Under the pieces are notes generated by a model that made no database searches, was not told the origin of the DNA, and saw nothing but the letters and a program-made list of their open reading frames with translations. A DNA stretch of 25,384 bases from a virus (Duplodnaviria; Heunggongvirae; Uroviricota; Caudoviricetes). Of this stretch, positions 20,489 to 25,384 are shown one piece after another. Each line of letters starts with the position of its first letter. Position 1 is the first letter of the stretch. The position numbers and the translations under genes are program-made. The stretch lies in IMG/VR virus record IMGVR_UViG_2585427773_000007; one strand, 5' to 3'.

Positions 20489-23326
20489 ATGGCAGTAAAG
20501 ATTTCAGGTGTACTGAAAGACGGCACAGGAAAACCGGTACAGAACTGCACAATCCAGCTGAAAGCAAAACGTAACAGCACCACGGTGGTGGTGAACACGC
20601 TGGCCTCAGAAAATCCGGATGAAGCCGGGCGTTACAGCATGGACGTTGAGTACGGGCAGTACAGCGTTATTCTGTTGGTGGAGGGATTCCCGCCGTCACA
20701 TGCCGGGACCATCACCGTGTATGAAGATTCCCGGCCCGGTACGCTGAATGATTTTCTCGGTGCCATGACGGAGGATGATGCCCGTCCGGAGGCACTGCGC
20801 CGTTTTGAGCTGATGGTGGAAGAGGTGGCGCGTAACGCGTCCGCGGTGGCACAGAACACGGCAGCCGCGAAGAAGTCAGCCAGCGATGCCAGCACATCAG
20901 CCCGTGAGGCGGCAACCCATGCGACTGATGCTGCAGGCTCAGCACGCGCAGCCAGCACGTCAGCCGGACAGGCCGCGTCGTCGGCTCAGTCAGCGTCTTC
21001 CAGCGCAGGAACGGCATCGACAAAGGCCCGTGAAGCAGCAAAAAGTGCTGCTGCTGCAGAGTCCTCAAAAAGCGCGGCAACTACCAGTGCCGGTGCGGCG
21101 AAAACGTCAGAAACGAATGCGGCAGCGTCACAACAATCAGCAGCCACTTCTGCATCCGCCGCGACCACGAAGGCGTCAGAAGCAGCCACCTCAGCCCGGG
21201 ATGCGGCGGCCTCAAAAGAGGCAGCGAAATCATCAGAAACGAACGCATCATCAAGCGCCAGTAGTGCCGCTTCCTCGGCAACGGCGGCAGGCAATTCCGC
21301 GAAGGCGGCAAAGACGTCTGAGACAAACGCCAGGTCTTCTGAAACGGCAGCGGGACAGAGCGCCTCGGCTGCGGCAGGCTCAAAAACAGCGGCTGCGTCG
21401 TCTGCCAGCGCCGCGTCAACAAGTGCCGGGCAGGCCTCAGCCAGTGCCACCGCCGCCGGAAAATCGGCAGAAAGCGCCGCATCATCCGCTTCAACAGCCA
21501 CAACGAAGGCTGGCGAAGCCACTGAGCAGGCCAGCGCAGCAGCGAGGTCAGCTTCCGCAGCGAAGACATCCGAAACGAACGCGAAAGCGTCGGAAACCAG
21601 CGCAGAATCCTCAAAAACGGCTGCCGCATCGTCAGCCAGTTCGGCGTCGTCATCGGCCTCATCGGCGTCTGCTTCAAAAGATGAGGCGACCAGACAAGCG
21701 TCAGCAGCGAAGGGCAGCGCCACGACGGCATCCACGAAGGCAACAGAGGCTGCTGGCAGTGCGACGGCGGCATCTCAGAGCAAAGTTGCTGCTGAATCCG
21801 CGGCAACGCGTGCCGAAACAGCGGCAAAACGGGCAGAGGATATTGCTGATGCCGTATCTCTGGAAGATGCGAGTACGACGAAAAAAGGTGTGGTTCAGCT
21901 CAGTAGCGCCACTAACAGCCCGTCTGAAACGCTGGCTGCGACACCAAAAGCGGTTAAGGCGGTAATGGATGAAACGAACAAGAAAGCGCCCTTAAATAGT
22001 CCTGCACTGACCGGAACGCCAACAACGCCAACTGCGCCAAAAGGTACTAATAATACTCAGATCGCAAGTACGGCTTATGTGATGGCCGCGATTGCCGCCC
22101 TTGTAGACTCGTCGCCTGACGCACTGAATACGCTGAACGAGTTAGCGGCGGCGCTGGGCAACGACCCGAATTTTGCGACCACCATGACTAACGCGCTTGC
22201 GGGTAAGCAACCGAAAGATGCCACCCTGACGGCGCTGGCCGGGCTTGCTACTGCGGCAGACAGGTTTCCGTATTTTACGGGGAATGATGTCGCCAGCCTG
22301 GCAACCCTGACAAAAGTCGGGCGGGATATTCTTGCGAAATCGACCGTTGCTGCCGTTATCGAATACCTCGGTTTACAGGAAACGGTAAATCAGGCTTCTG
22401 GCGCATTACAGAAAAACCAGAACGGCGCAGATATTCCGGGAAAAGATACCTTCACCAAAAACATTGGTGCCTGCCGCGCATATAGCGCATGGCTGAATAT
22501 TGGTGGCGATAGTCAGGTCTGGACAACTGCGCAATTTATTTCGTGGCTGGAGAGTCAGGGGGCATTTAACCATCCTTACTGGATGTGCAAAGGCTCATGG
22601 GCTTATGCAAATAATAAGGTTATTACAGATACAGGTTGCGGAAATATTTGTCTTGCAGGTGCTGTGGTGGAAGTTATTGGCACTCGCGGCGCAATGACCA
22701 TACGCGTTACTACGCCGAGCACGTCCAGCGGTGGCGGAATTACTAACGCTCAATTCACTTATATTAATCATGGTGATGCTTACGCTCCTGGCTGGCGACG
22801 AGACTACAACACGAAAAACCAGCAGCCTGCATTTGCTTTAGGGCAAACAGGACGCAGGGTCGCAAATGATAAAGCTGTTGGCTGGAACTGGAATAGCGGT
22901 GTTTATGATGCAGATATCAGTGGTGCATCGACATTAATCCTCCACTTCAATATGAATGCGGGGAGTTGCCCTGCTGTACAGTTCCGCGTGAATTACAGGA
23001 ACGGCGGGATTTTTTATCGTTCAGCGCGTGATGGTTATGGCTTTGAAGCTAACTGGTCAGAGTTTTACACCACAACACGCAAACCCTCTGCGGGGGATGT
23101 TGGTGCATATACGCAGGCAGAATGTAACTCAAGGTTTATTACAGGTATTCGCCTTGGCGGTCTGTCATCTGTTCAGACATGGAAAGGCCCCGGCTGGTCT
23201 GACAGGTCAGGTTATGTCGTTACGGGTTCAGTTAACGGAAACCGTGCTGAATTAATTGATACAACTCAGGCAAGGCCAATTCAGTATTGCATTAATGGGA
23301 CGTGGTATAACGCGGGGAGTATTTAA
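20489..23326 (+). CDS. stf: Side tail fibre protein Stf, 945 aa from ATG 20489: lambda-Stf-like N-terminus with an Ala/Ser-rich tract, then a Mu S / P1 S-like variable C-terminal domain
   Basis: MAVKISGVLKDGTGKPVQNCTIQLKA... matches the lambda Stf N-terminus; a gix-like site sits in-frame at 22356-22383; the C-terminus ends ...INGTWYNAGSI, mirrored by the inverted alternative exon. Confidence 0.88.
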   Translation: MAVKISGVLKDGTGKPVQNCTIQLKAKRNSTTVVVNTLASENPDEAGRYSMDVEYGQYSVILLVEGFPPSHAGTITVYEDSRPGTLNDFLGAMTEDDARPEALRRFELMVEEVARNASAVAQNTAAAKKSASDASTSAREAATHATDAAGSARAASTSAGQAASSAQSASSSAGTASTKAREAAKSAAAAESSKSAATTSAGAAKTSETNAAASQQSAATSASAATTKASEAATSARDAAASKEAAKSSETNASSSASSAASSATAAGNSAKAAKTSETNARSSETAAGQSASAAAGSKTAAASSASAASTSAGQASASATAAGKSAESAASSASTATTKAGEATEQASAAARSASAAKTSETNAKASETSAESSKTAAASSASSASSSASSASASKDEATRQASAAKGSATTASTKATEAAGSATAASQSKVAAESAATRAETAAKRAEDIADAVSLEDASTTKKGVVQLSSATNSPSETLAATPKAVKAVMDETNKKAPLNSPALTGTPTTPTAPKGTNNTQIASTAYVMAAIAALVDSSPDALNTLNELAAALGNDPNFATTMTNALAGKQPKDATLTALAGLATAADRFPYFTGNDVASLATLTKVGRDILAKSTVAAVIEYLGLQETVNQASGALQKNQNGADIPGKDTFTKNIGACRAYSAWLNIGGDSQVWTTAQFISWLESQGAFNHPYWMCKGSWAYANNKVITDTGCGNICLAGAVVEVIGTRGAMTIRVTTPSTSSGGGITNAQFTYINHGDAYAPGWRRDYNTKNQQPAFALGQTGRRVANDKAVGWNWNSGVYDADISGASTLILHFNMNAGSCPAVQFRVNYRNGGIFYRSARDGYGFEANWSEFYTTTRKPSAGDVGAYTQAECNSRFITGIRLGGLSSVQTWKGPGWSDRSGYVVTGSVNGNRAELIDTTQARPIQYCINGTWYNAGSI
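20850..21850 (+). repeat. Low-complexity Ala/Ser/Thr-rich coding repeat tract within stf (iterated ...AAKTSETNA... / ...SASSAS... units)
   Basis: GC-rich GCN/TCN codon repeats visible in the translation; they leave two other frames stop-free (spurious ORFs 20886-21965 +, 20986-21735 -, 21081-21827 -). Confidence 0.8.
22356..22383 (+). other. Candidate gix/pix-type recombination (crossover) site for a serine DNA invertase, embedded in stf at the constant/variable junction
   Basis: TTATCGAATACCTCGGTTTACAGGAAAC differs at only about 2 of 28 positions from the Mu gixL sequence as I recall it, has imperfect dyad symmetry around the central TC, and encodes the ...IEYLGLQE... junction. Confidence 0.6.
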
Positions 23327-23328
23327 CG

Positions 23329-23862
23329 ATGATGCACTTAAAAAACATTACTGCTGGCAACCCTAAAACAAAAGAGCAATACCAGCTAACAAAGCAATTT
23401 AACATCAAATGGCTTTATTCAGATGATGGAAAAAACTGGTATGAGGAACAAAAGAATTTCCAGCCAGACACTTTGAAAATGGTCTATGACCATAACGGCG
23501 TTATTATTTGTATTGAAAAGGATGTTTCAGCAATTAATCCAGAGGGTGCAAGCGTCGTTGAATTACCTGATATTACAGCAAATCGCCGGGCTGATATTTC
23601 GGGGAAATGGATGTTCAAAGATGGCGTAGTGATAAAGCGAACTTATACCGAGGAAGAGCAGAGGCAACAAGCGGAAAATGAAAAGCAAAGCCTGTTGCAA
23701 CTTGTCAGGGATAAAACCCAGCTATGGGACTCACAGCTACGGCTGGGCATCATTTCCGACGAGAATAAACAAAAATTAACCGAGTGGATGCTCTATGCGC
23801 AGAAAGTCGAATCTACAGACACTTCCGGCCTGCCAGTAACGTTTCCCGAACAACCAGAATGA
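23329..23862 (+). CDS. tfa: Tail fibre assembly protein Tfa (Mu U-like), 177 aa
   Basis: Starts 3 nt after the stf stop; about 55% identical to the inverted paralogue at 23891-24418 (shared [28 protein letters not shown] motifs). Confidence 0.85.
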   Translation: MMHLKNITAGNPKTKEQYQLTKQFNIKWLYSDDGKNWYEEQKNFQPDTLKMVYDHNGVIICIEKDVSAINPEGASVVELPDITANRRADISGKWMFKDGVVIKRTYTEEEQRQQAENEKQSLLQLVRDKTQLWDSQLRLGIISDENKQKLTEWMLYAQKVESTDTSGLPVTFPEQPE

Positions 23863-23865
23863 GAG

Positions 23866-23892
23866 AAGGCCCGCTATCGGGCCTTAATTTTT
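23866..23892. terminator. Hairpin between the convergent tfa genes, with a T-run on the + strand
   Basis: AAGGCCCG-CTAT-CGGGCCTT followed by AATTTTT. Confidence 0.5.
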
Positions 23893-24418
23893 ACTCTGGT
23901 TTTTGTGGCCATTCAGGATTTGCCGTATCCACACGGCTGACCAGAACACTGTAGCGTTCCCATGCTTCCAGTCGTGTGCGTTCCTCGTCTGTTGCCATAT
24001 TCAGCCTGACAGCGCGTTCCAGCGGTTGGATGACTGATTCAGCTTCGGAAAGCAATGCGGCCTTTTGTGATTCGGCCTGTTGTTGTTGCTCGTCTGCCGT
24101 ATAAATCCGTTTAACCACAGCTCCGTCCCTAAACATCCACTTACCGGAATCATCAGCGCAGCGGTTGGCTGTAATATCTGGAACCTCAACGACGCTATAA
24201 CCTTCAGGGTTAAGCGTGGAGGCATCTTTGGTGATGGCGACAATAATATTATTTGCATCGTAAACAATCTTTATTGTGTCTGGCTGAAAGTTTTTCACTT
24301 CCTCATACCAGTTTTTTCCGTCTTCGGACCATAACCAGATAACATCAAAATTCTTTGTTAGCTGATATTGTTCTTTTGTTTTTGGATTTCCAGACTTAAT
24401 ATTTTTTAAATGCTGCAT
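23891..24418 (-). CDS. Alternative tail fibre assembly protein Tfa-prime (Mu U-prime-like), 175 aa, inverted orientation
   Basis: Paralogue of the + strand tfa in convergent orientation; positioned directly downstream (on the - strand) of the inverted alternative fibre exon. Confidence 0.85.
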   Translation of the reverse strand: MQHLKNIKSGNPKTKEQYQLTKNFDVIWLWSEDGKNWYEEVKNFQPDTIKIVYDANNIIVAITKDASTLNPEGYSVVEVPDITANRCADDSGKWMFRDGAVVKRIYTADEQQQQAESQKAALLSEAESVIQPLERAVRLNMATDEERTRLEAWERYSVLVSRVDTANPEWPQKPE

Positions 24419-24421
24419 AAA

Positions 24422-25384
24422 TTACACCTGTACGACGTTATACCATGTGCCATTGATGTATTTTTGTATTGGTCTGAATACTGCCGGATCATCGCCATCA
24501 ACTGCACCGATAATGCCAAGCCCCGTAATTGCATGACCTGATTTCTCATACATCACGCCTTTTTGCATAGTCTGAACAACACGTGTACCAAGTCGGACAT
24601 CTCTCACATAACGTGAGTCAAAATTACCATAATTGCCGGGAATAACTTGCGCACCGCAAAGCCAGTTGCCATTGTTGTCCATGTACGCCTGACCATCGGT
24701 GCCATTGGCTGTCCTTGAGTTATTAATCATGTAGATGCCAAATTGCTTATTCCCCAGTCCACCAATCATAAATTTGCGATCAGCGTGGTCCTGACGAAGT
24801 AATGCCTGCGCACCATCGGTGGATACCGCATTGCGTCCCAAAATAACATTCTGGTCACGCATATGAATCCACATGCCGGTACTACTGTTAATTGCAAAAC
24901 GGTTTGCAAATATATCCCCTGTAACATCAAGACCATGCCCCATGCTTATCCGACCAGTTCTGAGATTAAGCGTAAAGGGGCGTAGTGGCCCTATATCACC
25001 ATTTTCTCCCTCATTCTCTCGTGTAGGGATGATATGCAGGCATTCTTCAGAACGACGAAAAATAGCACCAAAAGATGAATTAAATATCCTCAGTGCATTG
25101 ACTGTCGATATTTTTACTTCACTGCTGAAAAGGGCTTTAACAAGGACAGACAAAGCATCCCATTTAAGAGTCATCAGGTCTTTTGTTGTGGTGCTCTGGC
25201 GGCTTCTCCATTTGAAATATTCATTGCCGTTGTCGCCTGTTTCAAACCACATGTATGAATCAGTGTCGCTGTCGGCATTATTTTTAAAACCAATCTTTGC
25301 CCAGTCAGTATTTCTAATCCAGGCAAGGATTGAGTCGTTTTCAAAAGTAAGCCCACCGGACAAGGTATCGCCATTCTTTTGCAC
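24422..25384 (-). CDS. Alternative side-tail-fibre variable C-terminal exon (Sv-prime-like), partial; runs off the 3' window edge and has no start codon in this orientation
   Basis: At least 320 codons on the - strand ending ...PIQKYINGTWYNVVQV, parallel to the stf C-terminus ...PIQYCINGTWYNAGSI. The M at the window edge is an artefact (the codon is GTG). Confidence 0.78.
   Translation of the reverse strand: MQKNGDTLSGGLTFENDSILAWIRNTDWAKIGFKNNADSDTDSYMWFETGDNGNEYFKWRSRQSTTTKDLMTLKWDALSVLVKALFSSEVKISTVNALRIFNSSFGAIFRRSEECLHIIPTRENEGENGDIGPLRPFTLNLRTGRISMGHGLDVTGDIFANRFAINSSTGMWIHMRDQNVILGRNAVSTDGAQALLRQDHADRKFMIGGLGNKQFGIYMINNSRTANGTDGQAYMDNNGNWLCGAQVIPGNYGNFDSRYVRDVRLGTRVVQTMQKGVMYEKSGHAITGLGIIGAVDGDDPAVFRPIQKYINGTWYNVVQV

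Noticed and set aside
20850-21850. Possible CRISPR array or tandem DNA repeat
   Set aside because: The repetition is imperfect, in-frame and protein-coding, with no regular repeat-spacer periodicity and no leader or cas genes.
20886-21965. 359-aa plus-strand ORF and two minus-strand ORFs of about 250 aa within the stf repeat tract
   Set aside because: They are alternative frames of the GCN/TCN codon-repeat region; the products would be extreme Arg/Pro/Gln or Ala/Asp polymers. The stf frame is the one continuous with the conserved N- and C-terminal domains.
23863-25384. Second copy of the gix-like site within the window
   Set aside because: I scanned the 3' region by eye for the reverse complement GTTTCCTGTAAACCGAGG... 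and did not find it. By spacing in stf, the partner site should lie about 25-55 bp beyond the window end, so its absence here is expected rather than evidence against inversion.

Overview
This window is the late morphogenesis (head and tail) region of a lambda-like E. coli prophage, in lambda gene order and essentially fully coding on the + strand. The 5' end (1 to about 2650) is the left part of an IS66-family insertion sequence on the - strand (tnpA-like, tnpB, tnpC). It has inserted into the terminase large-subunit gene A, leaving only the C-terminal roughly 275 codons, so the prophage is probably packaging-defective unless the rest of A and nu1 lie intact beyond the IS. Downstream are W, B (portal), C with nested Nu3, D, E, FI, FII, Z, U, V, G and G-T (programmed -1 frameshift), H (tape measure), M, L, K, I, J, lom and a 945-aa side tail fibre gene stf. 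The most interesting structure is at the 3' end: stf carries a 28-bp sequence closely resembling the Mu gix crossover site, followed by a variable C-terminal domain, a tfa gene, then an inverted tfa paralogue and an inverted alternative fibre C-terminal exon running off the window. That is the architecture of a Gin/Pin/Cin-type invertible host-range segment; the second site and the invertase would lie beyond the 3' edge and are not visible. I found no evidence of a novel or undescribed system: every substantial ORF is explained by IS66 or lambda-type morphogenesis genes, and the long antisense ORFs are artefacts. Gene names are assigned from recalled similarity to phage lambda proteins and motifs read by eye; no database search was run.
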